NCBI RefSeq assembly: GCF_004010195.1
Contig: NC_057711.1
Location: forward strand, 77,784,925 to 77,841,720
Direction: 5' to 3'
Source: Chiloscyllium plagiosum
Taxonomy: Eukaryota
Length of the DNA: 56,796 nt
Position numbers and translations under genes: made by a program. The notes beneath the pieces are model-generated. The model did no database searches, had not been told where the DNA came from, and worked only from the letters and a program-made list of their open reading frames with translations. Below are positions 13,127-26,000 of this stretch, in pieces (within the stretch, counting starts at the first letter, position 1; each line of letters begins with the position of its first letter).

Positions 13127-13334
13127 AGCTGAAAATGTGTTGCTGGAAAAGCGCAGCAGGTCAGGCAGCATCCAAGGAACAGGAGAATCGACGTTTCGGG
13201 CATAAGCCCTTCTTGAAGGGCTTATGCCCGAAACATCGATTCTCCTGTTCCTTGGATGCTGCCTGACCTGCTGCGCTTTTCCAGCAACACATTTTCAGCT
13301 CTGATCTCCAGCATCTGCAGTCCTCACTTTCTCC
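13127..13334 (+). mobile_element. Fold-back (palindromic) Penelope-like pLTR insertion with 16-bp TSD
   Basis: Inverted arms of ~85 bp centred on CCCTTC-TT-GAAGGG plus an unpaired 3' tail CTGATCTCCAGCATCTGCAG..CTTTCTCC. TCCTTTGGGAAAGTAG is duplicated at 13113-13128 and 13332-13347. Confidence 0.9.
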
Positions 13335-13409
13335 TTTGGGAAAGTAGGAAATATTAAATGAACAGATACTTTCCATGTCCTCACTGTAGAGGATTCAAGT
13401 AATATCACA

Positions 13410-14097
13410 AGTGTTATGGTGCAGAAGGATACCACTTGGCCCATGGGGTCATTTTAAATGAGCATTATTATCTAGTTTCAATTACCTGCTTTTTCCAAAC
13501 CCGTGCACATTAATTTTATCCAAATAATTTCAATGCCTCAGCCTTCCAGACCCTGACTACTTGCTGAGTGGAAAAGTTGTTTTCCCCACCATCCTTACTT
13601 CTTTTGCCAATCACTTTAAATCTATGGCCTCTTGTTCATGTTCCTGTTACGGGCAGGAAAAATTTATCCCTCCCTATTCTCTCTAGCCCACTAATGACTT
13701 TGAAAATCTCTATTAGATCCCCTCAGCGTACTTCTGTCAAGGAGAACAGTCCACACTTCAATCTAGCCTCATAGCTGTAGTTCCTTATTTTGAGATCATC
13801 TTTTGTAAATTACATCTGTACACATACGAATGCATTCACATAATTTCTAGAATGTGATACGGAGATCTGTACACAGTACCAAAATCAGAAATTGCTGGTA
13901 AAGCTCAGCATGTCTGGCAAGTTAATGTTTTGCATCTGGGGATCCTTCTTCAGTACACAGTACTCCAGCTGACTTCTAACAAATTCAACATCATCTCTTT
14001 GCTCTTTTACTCTATGCTCCAATGAATAAAAGTGAGGATGCTATATGCTTTTAGTTCTCTGTTTAGCTGTGCACCCACATCCCTGTGCTCCTGTACC
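13410..14097 (-). mobile_element. Degraded CR1 LINE 3' fragment
   Basis: Reverse complement of CR1 C-terminal and 3' UTR sequence (e.g. GAGGGGATCTAATAGAGATTTTCAAAGTCATTAG). Confidence 0.65.
13880..13952 (-). mobile_element. Short Penelope-like pLTR fragment with 11-bp TSD, nested in CR1
   Basis: GTACACAGTAC at 13869-13879 and 13953-13963. On the minus strand the insert begins at CTGAAGAAG, the hammerhead core. Confidence 0.7.
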
Positions 14098-14281
14098 ACA
14101 TGCAATTTAGCATGGGCAATTCACCTAACCTACATATCTTTGGATTGTGGGAGGAAACGATGGCACCCGGAGGAAACCCACACAAACACTGGGAGAATGT
14201 GCAAACTCCATACAGCCAGACGCCCAAGGTTGGAATCGAACCCAGGTCCCTGGCACTGTGAGGCAGCAGTGCTAACCACTT
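14098..14281 (-). mobile_element. HE1-type (V-SINE) tRNA-derived SINE
   Basis: Minus strand has A box AGTGGTTAGC, B box GGTTCGATTCC and the V-domain GTGGGTTTCCTCCGGGTGC. Confidence 0.85.
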
Positions 14282-14699
14282 GTATTTGGACTGCCAGAAG
14301 GCATTCAGCAAGGTGCCTCACAAAAGGTTAAGTCATACTATAAGAACCCATGGTGTTGGTGGTGTCATGGATAGAGAATTGGCCAATGGGGAGGAAACAG
14401 CAAGTAGGGATAAAGGGTTCTTTTTTAGGTTGGCAACCAGTGACCAGGGCTTCCTATGGTATCGGTGCTTCGACTGCAAGTGTTTACAATATATATTCAT
14501 GATTTTGGAGGAAGCAAGTGAATGCACTATAGCCAATTATTGGACAAAACAAGGCAGTTTGTGAGAGGGATATAAACACTTTAGAGTGTACGATTAATCG
14601 GGTAAGTAAGTGGGTTAATTTTGGCAATGGAATATAAAATACGGAAAATGTGAACATTTTGCAAGGAGGAAGAAAAGAACAGTATTATTTAAATGGAGA

Positions 14700-15210
14700 G
14701 TTGAAACTTTATTGCTGGAACAGCACAGCAGGTCAGGCAGCATCCAGGGAACAGGAGATTCGACGTTTCGGGCACAGGCCCTTCCTCAGGAATGAGCAGA
14801 GAGTGTTCAGCAGGAGAAGATAAAAGGTAGGTAGGAGGGACTTGGAGGAGGGGCGTTGGAAATGTGATAGGTGGAAAGAGGTCAAGGTGAGGGTGATAGG
14901 TCGGAGTAGGATGGAGGCGGAGAGGTCAAGAAGAAGACTGCAGGTCAGGAAGGCGGTGCCGGCTGGAGGGATCCGGCTGAGACAAGGTGGGGGGAGGGGG
15001 GATGAAGAAACTGGTGAAGTCCAAGTTCATCCCCTGCGGTTGGAGGGTTCCCAGTCGGAAGATAAGACGCTCCTCCTCCGACCGTCGGGTTGTTGTGGTT
15101 TGGCGGTGGATGAGTCCAATGACCTGCATATCCTCGGTGGAGTGGGAGGGGGAGTTGAAATGCTGTGCTACAGGTTGGTTGGGTTGGTTCGTCCGGGTGG
15201 CCCAGAGGTC
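14700..15210 (-). mobile_element. Penelope-like element 3' fragment (GIY-YIG endonuclease C-terminal region plus tail-less pLTR), 9-bp TSD
   Basis: Minus ORF PVAQHFNSPSH..EERLIFRLGTLQPQGMN. AAATGGAGA is duplicated at 14691-14699 and 15211-15219. Confidence 0.85.
14758..14793 (-). ncRNA. Minimal type I hammerhead ribozyme motif (Penelope pLTR)
   Basis: AUUC-CUGAGGA-A-GGGC(CUGU)GCCC-GAAAC-GUC/GAAU: stem I AUUC/GAAU, 4-bp stem II, palindromic ACGU stem III and GUC cleavage triplet. Confidence 0.75.
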
Positions 15211-16619
15211 AAATGGAGAAAACTGCAGAAAGCTGCAGTACAAAGAGACTTGGGATACTTGTGCATGAATACAGAAAGCTATCATGCAAGTGCAGCATGT
15301 TATTAGGAAGGCTAATTAAACGTTGACTCTTATTTCAAAGAAGTTTAAGAGTTGGGAAGTCTTACTGCAACTGTACAAGGTGTTGGTGTGACCACATTTG
15401 GTGTACTGTGAGCGGTTTTGGTCCTCAAATCTAAGAAATGATATTATTTTGTTGGAGGCAGTTCAGAGAAGGTTCACGAGGATGATACCTGGTATGCAGA
15501 GATTGCCATATGCGCAAAGACTAAATAGATTGGGGCTGTTCTCTTTGCAGTTTAGAAGAATGAGAGGTGATCTAAATGAAACACAGATTCTGAAAGGGCT
15601 TAACAGGGTAAATGCTAAGAGGATGTTACCCCTCTTGGGAGCTATGGGACGAGGAGACAGTCTCACAATTAAGGGGCACCAATTTAAGATTGAGATGAGG
15701 AGGAATCCCTTATGAGAGGGATTGAGAGACTTTGGAACTCTTTGCTGAGTTGTTGGAATCAAGTCATTGTGTATAAACAATGCCATGGTCCTGTTAAATG
15801 GCAGAGCAGGTTCAGGGGGGTTGAATGCCCTTATTCTGTTCTCTGGTCTTATCATCTTATGCTTAGGATTGAACATCTTTCACACTGTATTTGCATGTAC
15901 TTGTAATCTTTTTAACAGTGGTAAATAATGATATCTTTAAGAACATAGAAGCAAATTCAACATGTTTATATCTTGTTAACTCCAGAAAAAATATTTTTGA
16001 TAGAGACATTTCAATCCTTTTAGCTATCACCAAGAGAATATATTCATACTTTAACAAATAATGAGAAGTAAATTCTTTCACTTTTGTTACAAGTGTTTGT
16101 TTTCTTGATCTGCAATCAATATTTCAATATGTGTTATGGGATGACATACATGGAAAAAATGCAAGGCACAATGCTATCTAAAAATAATTATGCTTTCAAG
16201 TCCTGTTCTATAATTATTGACATTCTTATGCTGAATCTCTGACACTGAATCTTAAACAACCAGTTAATATATGGAAAACTGAAGTGGTAAATTGCAGAAT
16301 TTAACATTATATAGCTGAACTACTATTTTAAGAGTACTACAACAGCTATTGATGTACAAGTTCTTGAAATATCTTGGCACATTCAGGCAGTAATAATTCT
16401 ATTGACTAGTGTAACTGTTGACTGGACTGTAGGTAACGTTACACAAATTTTCCCAAGGTAGGAGTGTAGAATGTTTACTTTTTCCTGGCTGAATAAACAT
16501 TCTTGCATTTATTCATATCAATGTTTTTTTGTTACAAAGTAAACATTATCTCATTAAAGAATTCATGATTGCCCACATATTGTCTTCACAAGATATTAAT
16601 TCATTTTGTGCTTTTACAG

Positions 16620-16756
16620 GTTTAATGTATATTATTGAGACACAGAAAATCCTGGACTTAAAAGTGAATCTCATGGCTTCTTACGTCATTATTCCACAGA
16701 ATGGTTTTTTTGATAAATCTGCCAGCTTATTGGTTCTTGATCTTGGTAATTTTAAG
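16620..16756 (+). CDS. VPS13A: VPS13A coding exon (GLMYIIETQKILDLK...DLGNFK)
   Basis: ttttacag| acceptor and AAG|gtaagt donor. 137 bp, phase 1 to 0. Confidence 0.95.
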
Positions 16757-17347
16757 GTAAGTTTATAAAGTGACAGAATTGTTTGAATGTTATATAATTA
16801 AAACATATTAAATTGTTTGCGCATTCATATCCACTGATTAGACACTCGTATAGAAAAGGGAAAAAAAATCCTTTAACGACAAGTGTCTGGAGCTTCACTA
16901 AGTTCTTGGAGTGAAAACAAAAGTGTCAGTTTGTTTTGCTTAATTGTATAGAATACATTACAGAAAAAAGATAATTTGAGTTCACTGTGCTTCATTTGGA
17001 TTAGCCCTTTGATCTTAAAGTATGCCCAACAATGTCACCTGGAATGATAGAAATACATTGTCTGAGTGGAATGGATAGCTTATGTCTGTTTCAAAAATAT
17101 TCTTCTACCTAATCAAATAACTGATATTTTTGATATCTTCATTTCGACCGTCAACAATGTTTCTTTTAATATCAAAGAGTCCAGCAAAATGTACATCTTT
17201 AATATGTGTCATTATGTTCAAATGGGACAATTCTGTTACTTAAAAGTCAGAAGTTAAACTGCATTCCATAGTGCTTCGTTGCTGCTGGTATGTCAGCTGT
17301 TTTCAAGTACTTAGAACTGTTAAACCTTTGCTCACAAGAGTTCTTTT

Positions 17348-17455
17348 GTGGCACAGTGGTAATGTCCCTATTCCTGCACTGAGAGGCCCAAGTTCAAGTC
17401 CCGTGTACTCCAGAGATGTGTCATGACGTTTCTGAACAGGTTGATTAGAAAAATA
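17348..17455 (+). mobile_element. Short tRNA-derived SINE-like repeat
   Basis: GTGGCACAGTGGTA (A box)..GTTCAAGTCC (B box)..CTGAACAGGTTGATTAG. Homologous copies at 35138-35345. Confidence 0.65.
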
Positions 17456-18397
17456 GACTAATTAAAAATGTAGTTGAAACCTTTGAAATCAGGGCTATTG
17501 TGATACAAGGCTGAGCTAGGATACCTGGGTTGAAGACCCACCTGCAGATGTTGACTCAAAACATCTGTCTGGATTTAATGCCAGTGGAATCTGTCTTTGT
17601 TCTTGTTCCTCATAGCCGTTCGGGGAGCCCTGCTCATGCTGTATAACTCTGTAACAATTCAATCAGATTCCATTGCAATGGGTTTTGCTGAAAGCTATGG
17701 TTATTATAAACACCAGCATCTGTATTGGAACAGGTTGGCAGTGCCATGTCACTACAATGTGACAAAATGACAGCTGCAAGAAGCCTTGTCCATATTTGCC
17801 TTCACCTGCGCTCTTCTGCCTCTGTCATCTTAACCCACTGTCACCTCCACCCTGAATTTCCAACATTCTCTTCATGGTATCCCTCTCCCTCTTTCATCAG
17901 CTTGTCCATCTCTTCCTGGTGTGTTCATCCTCCAGTCATGTTATATTCCAAGGGTCATATCTATCAGTGCACCTGTATCTGGGAGTGACTGATTGATTTA
18001 TTCAGAAACCTTTGAAATCAACAAAATGCTTTCCTTCATGCCTGCAGTCACTGTCGATGCAATTTTTGCAAATTTGAGATTTACCATTATTGTAGATTTT
18101 GGTGAGGATATTCTTACTGTAGCATAGTCATTTTATGCATTATTGATCAAGGAGACTTGCCCTCTAAAACTCTTGGATAGATATATGCAACTGAGGGTCC
18201 TTCTTTCCACCCAAACTTATAACAACAAGTCTTCCTCTGCAGGGTTTCTGCTCATTCTCCAAATCATGCTGTGATCCATGAGTAAAATCTATTATTGCAC
18301 CAATGTCTGGAAGCAACCAGTTTGCTCAGAACCTTTTAAGGTCAGCAGAAATGTCTTTCTTTATTCTCTGTTAATTTTTTGCAATCAGAAGCATCGG

Positions 18398-18915
18398 CAC
18401 ATAGAGTCAAAGAGATGTACAGCATGGAAACAGACCCTTTGGTTCAACTCTTCTATGCTGACTAGATATCCCAACCCAATCTCGTCCCATCTGCCAGCAC
18501 CCGGCCCATATCCCTCCAAACCCTTCCTATTCATGTACCCATCCAAATGCCTCTTAAATGTTGCAATTGTACCAGCCTCCACCACATCCTCTAGCAGCTC
18601 ATTCCATACGCGTACCACTCTCTGTGTGAAAAAGTTGCCCCTTAGGTCTCTTTTGTATCTTTCCCCTCTCACCCTAAACCTAAACCCTCTAGTTCTGGAC
18701 TCCCCAACCCCAGGGAAAAGACTTTGTCTATTTATCCTATCCATGCCCCTCATAATTTTGTAAACCTCTATAAGGTCACCCCTCAGCCTCCGATGCTCCA
18801 GGGAAAACAGCCCTAGCCTATACTGCCTCTCCCTGTAGCTCAGATCCTCCAACCCTGTAAATCTTTTCTGAACCCTTTCAAGTTGCACAACATCTTTCCG
18901 ATAGGAGGGAGACCA
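18398..18915 (-). mobile_element. Young CR1/HER1 LINE 3' fragment
   Basis: Minus ORF LERVQKRFT..RRLRGDLIEVYKIMRG..NFFTQRVVRVWNEL followed by the 3' UTR tail. Confidence 0.9.
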
Positions 18916-19451
18916 TCAAAAGTTATATTGAGGTATGTTGGCCCTCTGGTTAAACCACTACCAGTTGTCTCTCTCTAGGACTTTAACAAGTTTACTTTTT
19001 ATAGTATAAATTTAAAAAGTCAACCAGCTATTGAAATTCGGGAGTTCCTTCCTTTTTTGCATTGATGTTTTCATCTGTCTATTGTATATTTTTGTAATTG
19101 ACATTCACCTTCTGTGTGCAAATGTCCTCAATATTATGGCATTTGGTACAGTTTTCCACATAACCCTTGGAATATATCATGGGTATTTTATGAATCTCTT
19201 GGAGTGTTTGTAATACCCTCAAAACAGTGCCAATGAGTCAAATTTATTGCCCAAAGTTTTCTTAGAAGAAACTTGAACAATAAAAATGGCATTTATTTTC
19301 AATTATCATAAATACTGACTAAATAAATAACTTTTAACTTGGTCCTTTATAATTTTTTACGGTAGGATTTATTTTTGTCCAAATGTGTAAACAGAATAAA
19401 ATTCCTAATTCCATCAAATTTAAATATTTTGTATTTTTTAAATCTTTTAAG

Positions 19452-19584
19452 ATGATGAGTAAAAATCGTGCGCGTCTGCCACAAATTACTGCTGGAGAAA
19501 GCACCTTGGAGGATATCATGGCCAGAGCCTATGATTGTTTTGATATCCAGCTGAGTAGTGTTCAACTTCTCTATGCTAAACCAC
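19452..19584 (+). CDS. VPS13A: VPS13A coding exon (MMSKNRARLPQI...VQLLYAKP)
   Basis: ttttaag| acceptor and C|gtatgt donor. 133 bp, phase 0 to 1. Peptide IMARAYDCFDIQLSSVQLLY. Confidence 0.93.
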
Positions 19585-19704
19585 GTATGTATCCACTTAA
19601 ATATTTAAAATTTGTAATTCTTCTGCTGGGTACTTAATGGCTTTTTCTGTTAATAAAACCAATGAGTTGAAGTTTAATAATGATATTTTGGGTCACAATA
19701 AATA

Positions 19705-20510
19705 TTGACTGCAGGAACAGCTCAGCAGGTCTAGCAGCATCTGGAAAGAGAAATTGGAGTTAATGGGAGGAAGGGTCTCTGGGCCTGAAACACTAACTCT
19801 GATTTTTCTTTAACAGATGCTGAGCTGGAAGTTTGGAACTAGGGTGAGGTGGGGGAAGGGGAAATGAGGAAACTGTTGAAGTCCACATTGATGCCCTGGG
19901 GTTGAAGTGTTCTGAGGCGGAAGATGAGGCGTTCTTCCTCTAGGCGTCTGGTGGTGAGGGAGCGGCGGTGAAGGAGGCCCAGGACCTCCATGTCCTCGGC
20001 AGAGTGGGAGTGGAGGGGGAGTTGAAATGTTGGGCCACAGGGCAGTGTGGTTGATTGGTGCGGGTGTCCAGGAGATGATCCCTAAAGCACTCTGCTAGGA
20101 GGTGCCCAGTCTCCCCGATGTAGAGGAGACCACATCGGGAGCAACGGATACAATAAATGATATTGGTGGATGTGCAGGTAAAACTTTGATGGATGTGGAA
20201 GGCTCGTTTAGGGCCTTGGATGGAGGTGAGGGAGGAGGTGTGGGCGCAGGTTTTGCAATTCCTGCAGTGGCAGGGGAAGGTGCCAGGATGGGAGGGTGGG
20301 TTGTAGGGGACGTGGACCTAACCAGGTAGTCACGGTGGGAACGGTCTTTGTGGAAGGCGGAAAGGGGTGGGAGGGAAATACATCCCTGGTGGTGGGGTCT
20401 TTTTGGAGGTGGCGGAAATGTTGGCGGATGATTTGGTTTATGCGAAGGTTGGTAGGGTGGAAGGTGAGTACCAGGGACGTTCTGTTCTTGTTACGGTTGG
20501 AGGGGTGGGT
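19705..20510 (-). mobile_element. Penelope-like fragments: old fold-back pLTR (~19705-19825) joined to a thumb/GIY-YIG region fragment
   Basis: Minus strand SLVLTFHPTNLRINQIIRQHFRHLQKDPTT. The C-terminal part is homologous to 14990-15200. Confidence 0.8.
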
Positions 20511-20636
20511 CCTGTTGATTTTTAAAAACAAAACATGAAGTTTTGATTTTGGTATTCCAAAACTAGTTCCTGTAACTTTATAGTTATGGAAAAGATGTTT
20601 GAAGAGAGTTAACTAGCTTTGGTATTTTGATTTTAG

Positions 20637-20754
20637 ATGAGGACTGGAAAACAGCTCGCAAACGAAAGGTGTCATCTCAGCATATATTACGACCCATGGA
20701 TTTAAAGCTCGAGTTATGCAGAGCAATGGTTGCCTCTGATCCAAGAATGCCGAA
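20637..20754 (+). CDS. VPS13A: VPS13A coding exon (HEDWKTARKRKVSSQHILRPM...DPRMPK)
   Basis: ttttag| acceptor and AA|gtaagt donor. 118 bp, phase 1 to 2. Not in the ORF track. Confidence 0.93.
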
Positions 20755-20929
20755 GTAAGTTTATATGCATTCAGGTGGACAATGGTTGAGGCTTAAATGT
20801 TAAAAGTATGTTCAAAATATGTTCAACTAAAAAGTTTGGAAATGGTGTTATGACAATTTAGAAGGATAAAAACAAGAATTTATGCATTACTACATTGTTT
20901 GACATATTATTAATAATCAACATCTTTCA

Positions 20930-23900
20930 ACAAAGAACAGTACCACACAGGAACAGGCCCTTCAGCCCTCCAAGTTTGTACTGACACATTTTGCCCTTCC
21001 CTACTAAAACTATCTTCACTTACAGGTTCTGCATTCGTCCAAGTGCTTCTTGAGTGCTGCTATTGTGTCTGCTTCTACCATCTCCTCTGGCAGCGCACTG
21101 TAGGCACTCACCACCCTCTGTGCGGAAAATTTGCCAACTTTCCTTGCACATCTCTTGTAAACCACGCCACCCCACCTTCCCCCCACCCGCCCCCGACCCC
21201 AAAGACCTTGATCTGTGTTCTCTAGTAATTGACCCTTCTACTCTGGGCGGAAAAGCTTCATACATTCCACTCTATCCATGCCATTCATAATGTTTTAAAT
21301 CTCTGTCAGGTTGCTCCTCAATCTCCTGCGTTCCACTGAAAGCAAATCCAGTCTATCCAACCTTTCTTCATAGCTAATCTTGTCAAAGGCTTTACTGAAG
21401 TCTATGCGATAGCATCAACTGCTTTTCCCTTAATCGTCTTCATCAACTGCTCAAAAGGTTAGTGAAGCATGACTTCCCTACACAAAACAATGCTGTCTAT
21501 CACTGAGAAGTTCATTTGCTGAGAATCTTTTCCAATAATTTCCCCACCACCAATGTGAAGCCCATAGGCTTGTAATTTCCCGAATTATTCCTGCTACCCT
21601 CATTAAACAATAGAACAGCATTGGTTATTCTCCAATCCCTTAGGTCTTCATCTGTGGCCAAAGAGGATACAGAGATGTCTGTCAGTGCTGCAACAATTTG
21701 TTCTCTTGCCTCCCTCAATATTCTGGAATAGATCCCATCAGGACCCAGGGACTTATCTACCTTTTCGTATTTTTTTAAAATATGGTACACTATTTCCTTT
21801 TTAATAGCAACCTGGCTTAGAAATTCAACACTACCTTTCCTGAGATCATCCTGCACCAATTCCTTTTCTTTGGTGAATACTGACACAAGTATTTGTTTAG
21901 GACCTCACCTACCTCTTCTGGCTCCACACAGATTCCGTCCTTTTGACCTTGAATGGGCCAACCCTTTCTCTGGCTAGCCTCTTGCATTTAATTTATGTAT
22001 AAAAAGCCTTGGGTTTCTCCTTAATCTTGCTGATAATTACTTTTCCTTTGTTGGTCAGAGCATTGAGTACAGGAGTTGAGAGGTCATGTTGCAGTTGCAC
22101 AGGACATTGGTTGGGTTACTTTTGGATTATTGTGTACAATGCTGGTCTCCCTCCTGGAAGGATGTTGTGAAACTTGAAAGGATTCAGAAAAGATTTACAA
22201 CGGTGTTGCTAGGATTGGAGGGTTTGAGCTCTCGGAAGAGGCTGAATAGGCTGGGGTTATTTTTCCTGGAGAGTTGGAGACTGAGAGGTAACCTTTGAAG
22301 TTTATAAAATCATGAGGGGCACAGATAAGGTAAATAGACAAGGTCTGTTTACATTTAAATCTTTCTCCTCGCCCATGTCTATGGTTATGGGGAAATATTT
22401 AAGTGGCTCTCCGGGGCAACTTTTTCACGCAGAGGGTGGTGCGTGTATAGAATGAGCAGCCAAAGTGATAGAGGCTGGTACCATGCGACATTTAAAAGGC
22501 ATCTGGATGGGTCTATGAATAGGAAACGTATAAAGAGATATGGTCCAAGAGCTGGCAAATGGGACTAGATTAATTTAGGATATCTGGTCAGAATGGACAA
22601 GTTGGACTGAAGGGTCTCTTTCTGTACTATACAACTCCGACTCTGACTCCTTTTAGATAATGCCTTGTTTTATGTTGTTTCCTACTTTGCTTTATGTACT
22701 TCAAGGGCTTCATCAGTCCCCATTCTTCATTTCATTTTTCATTTTGACCAAGGCCATGGCATTCCTGGTTATCCAAAGTTCACATAACATGCCATACCTG
22801 TCCTCTATTCTTGCAGGAACATATCGTTCCTGAACTCCTACCAACTGCTGTTTGAAATACTCCCACATGTCTGATTTGGATTTACCCTCAAACAGCTATC
22901 TCCAATCAAGATTCGCCAGTTGTTGCCTAATATTGTTGTAGCTCACTTTCCCCCAATTTAACACCTTCACCCAGGGACTGCTGTTATCTCTGACCATGAA
23001 TATCTTAAAACTCATGGTATTATGGTCACCATTCCTGAAATGCTCCCCCACAGGAACTTCACTCACCTGGCTGAGCTCATTTCCCAAAACCAGGTCCAGT
23101 ATAACTTCTTCCCTGGTTGGACTGTTTACGTACTGACAAAAAACCTTCTTGAATGGTCCCTACAAGTTCAGCTCCAGTCAAACCCCTCGCACAAAGTGAG
23201 ACCAAGTCAATATAGGGGAAGTTAAAATCACCCACCATAGCAATCCTTCTGTTTTTACATTTTTCTAAGATCTGTTTATGTGTTCTTTCCTCTCTTTCCT
23301 GCTGGCTGTTAAGAAGCCTGTAGTATATCCCTAGTGTTGTGATTTCACCTTTCCTATTCTTGAGTTCTACCATATTGTCTGACAGCACGAGTCCTCTGAT
23401 GTGTCCTCCCTCAGTACAGCTGTGAGATACTCCTTTGCCAGTAATGCAACTCCTCTGCACCATTACATCCCCTCCTATCATACCTGAAATATCAGTTGCC
23501 CATCCTGTCCATCTTTCAATCAAGTCTCTGTAATTGCAATAATGTCATAGTTCCAAGTACTAACTAAAGCCCAGAGTTCATCTACCTTGCCTATTATACT
23601 TCTTGCGTTGAAACACATGCATTTCAGACCACCTCCCCTGCTTTTTCCAGCAGCGTTTCCCTGCCTGTTCTTATTCTCAGTCATGTTTGCCATAGTTTCT
23701 ACCTCTCCCTCAGTGTTTGCATCTACAATTCTTAATCCTCTGGTTTCCATTTCCCACCCCAAAACCTGTCCCAAGGCCCCATGAATCTGAAACTCTTCCC
23801 CACTCACAACTCTTCATGTATATAGCTTGCTGTTTCTACTCTGACTAGCTTTATGGCGCTTGTAGTAATCCAGAGATAACAACCTTTTTGAAGTCCTACA

Positions 23901-24780
23901 TTTACACTATCTTCCAAGTTCCTTAAATTCTGCTTTTAGGACCTCATTTCATTTTCTAAATCTATGTTGTTAGTACAAATGTGTATTATGACCAGTGGCT
24001 CTTTGCCCTCCGCCTCCAGAATGTCCTGCAACTGCTGTAAAACATCCAGGATCCTACCACCAGGGAGGGATCACACCATCCTGGGCTCTCATTTGTGGCC
24101 ACAGAAACACCTATCTATTCACCTTGTGATTGAATCCCCTATAACCAGATCATTTCTATGCCTATTTCTCCCTCCCTTTGCAGCTGAGCTAACCATAGTG
24201 ACATGAATTTGGCTGCTGCTGGTATCCTCTGAGAGGCCATTCCCCTCAACCATATCCAAATGCTGCATCTGTTTTTGTAGGGGAATAGCCACAGGAGACT
24301 CCTCCTCTGCCTGCTTAGCCCTTCTGCTCTGTCTAGTGGCTACCCATTTCCTTCCTGCCTGTAGACTCTGAATCTGTAGTGTGACCACCCCTCTATACTG
24401 GTATCCACGATACCCGCTGCCTTGTGAATGCTCCGCCATGTCTCCAGATGTCGCTTTAACACCGAAACTGGGCTGGAGATACTTCTTGCATGCACGTAGG
24501 TCCCGGGCACAGGATATGTGCCTGACTTCCCACGTAGTACAAGTACAGCAGATTACTATTTGGAGCTCTCCTACTACATCTTACCTCATTAACTTAATTA
24601 ATCCTTACAATGTCAAATACTTTTAATACCAAATTGATGTTGCTAGTGCTCTCTGCTCCAATAACAATTTCTCAAAACTTACCTGCTACTCACCAGCAGC
24701 AGTTTCCAGAAGCTGTTTAGACTCTCACACTCCTTTACCCATTGGAACTCTCGCTGCTGACCTTCCTCTCTCAATGTTCT
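20930..24780 (-). mobile_element. Degraded long CR1 LINE (5' region, ORF1 esterase, endonuclease, RT fragments, 3' end); may be more than one copy
   Basis: Minus strand LVIGDSITR, CMCFNARSI..YDIIAITET, VGDFNFPYID and KSLGPDGIYSRILRE. Confidence 0.8.
22041..22648 (+). mobile_element. CR1 3' fragment nested antisense in the older CR1
   Basis: LQLHRTLVGLLLDYCVQCWSP..LERIQKRFT followed by the 3' UTR and GACTCT-like tail. Confidence 0.8.
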
Positions 24781-26000
24781 GTCTCCTCTCTTGTGACATG
24801 GAAGTGCTGGTGTTCGACTGAGGTGGACAAAGTCAGAAGTCACATGAATTCAGGTTATAGTCCGACAAGTTTATTTGAAATCACTCTCCTCCGAACTTTG
24901 CCTCTCTTTTTCTCCTTGGTGGAGGAAGGAGGGATGGAAACACTACAGTAATGTAATGGTTGGAGCTGACCATTCCTTAACATTAGGTTATTCCACTATC
25001 ACCTTCGTACCTGCACTGACTGCGAAGTCCACTCCCATAATGCAAATGAACTATGTCTCAGCACCTTGTGGTCAGAACTGTGAAACCGGGGTTGGGGTGG
25101 CCGCTAGAGGCACCAGGAATGCTGTGGGAGTGCCAGAGTGACAGAGAGAGAGCCTTCAAGAACGTGCATCGGCTATGTTGAGCAAAATGAATGTCTATCT
25201 GAAATAAATCTAAATTGAGCATGATTGAGTACTTCAATATTAAATGCATAAATACCAATATTTCCTAAATCCTTAATCGAATTTTTGACTTCTGCCTAAT
25301 ACTTCGGTCTCTGTAACAAAGTTTCAAGACCCAGATTGTTTGTCAGCAACAGGCATCTATTATGAAACCAAGGACAAGCATTGATGCCACTCAGCTTAAC
25401 ATATTAGCAACATTCTCATAGATTGTAACTGTGCTTACAGTCTTTCTTTATATTCTACTGACACTTTCTCCTTTTGACGTTCCCACTTTGTTCCATGTCT
25501 CTTGTATATCCTTTAACAGCCTCCTCCTAGTGCAAATACTAGGCCAATCCCATGATTGTCATATCTTCATTTCCTTTACTCAATTTCTGTACTAGCCTAG
25601 GAGGACATGCTGGGATCAACACTGGACATAACTAAAATGAGGTTTCAATTTGGTGAAGCTACACTAAAGGAAAATTTGTATGGCAAGTATTCTAAGAGGA
25701 TGTCAGTGTTAAACAATTCTAATATAATAGATAAGATCTAAACTCTGGTGTCACCTAAATTCAGTTGTGCATAGTGGTGGGCAATAAACCAACAGGAGCC
25801 TTTGTAAATATCTTTCTTCTCTCAAATGGAAGAGTCCAGCACGTCAGTGTGAAAGAAAATGCTGAAGCATTTGCATCCACCTATCTGAAGTTCAGTCTGC
25901 ATGATGTATCTTTCTGGGGTCTATGGTGTTACAAATGCCAACAATCTGATTCATTCCATGTGGTATCATGAACAGTGAAATCATGAGGTGTGCCCCGGGC

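Larger units (their letters stand above)
14282..15860 (+). mobile_element. Degraded CR1 LINE ORF2 and 3' end, interrupted by a Penelope insertion
   Basis: YLDCQKAFSKVPHKRL..LEAVQRRFTRMIPGM..RRMRGDL. Confidence 0.8.

Noticed and set aside
17348..17455. Possible tRNA gene (A and B boxes)
   Set aside because: No convincing cloverleaf. Diverged copies with a shared non-tRNA 3' part at 35138-35345 indicate a SINE.
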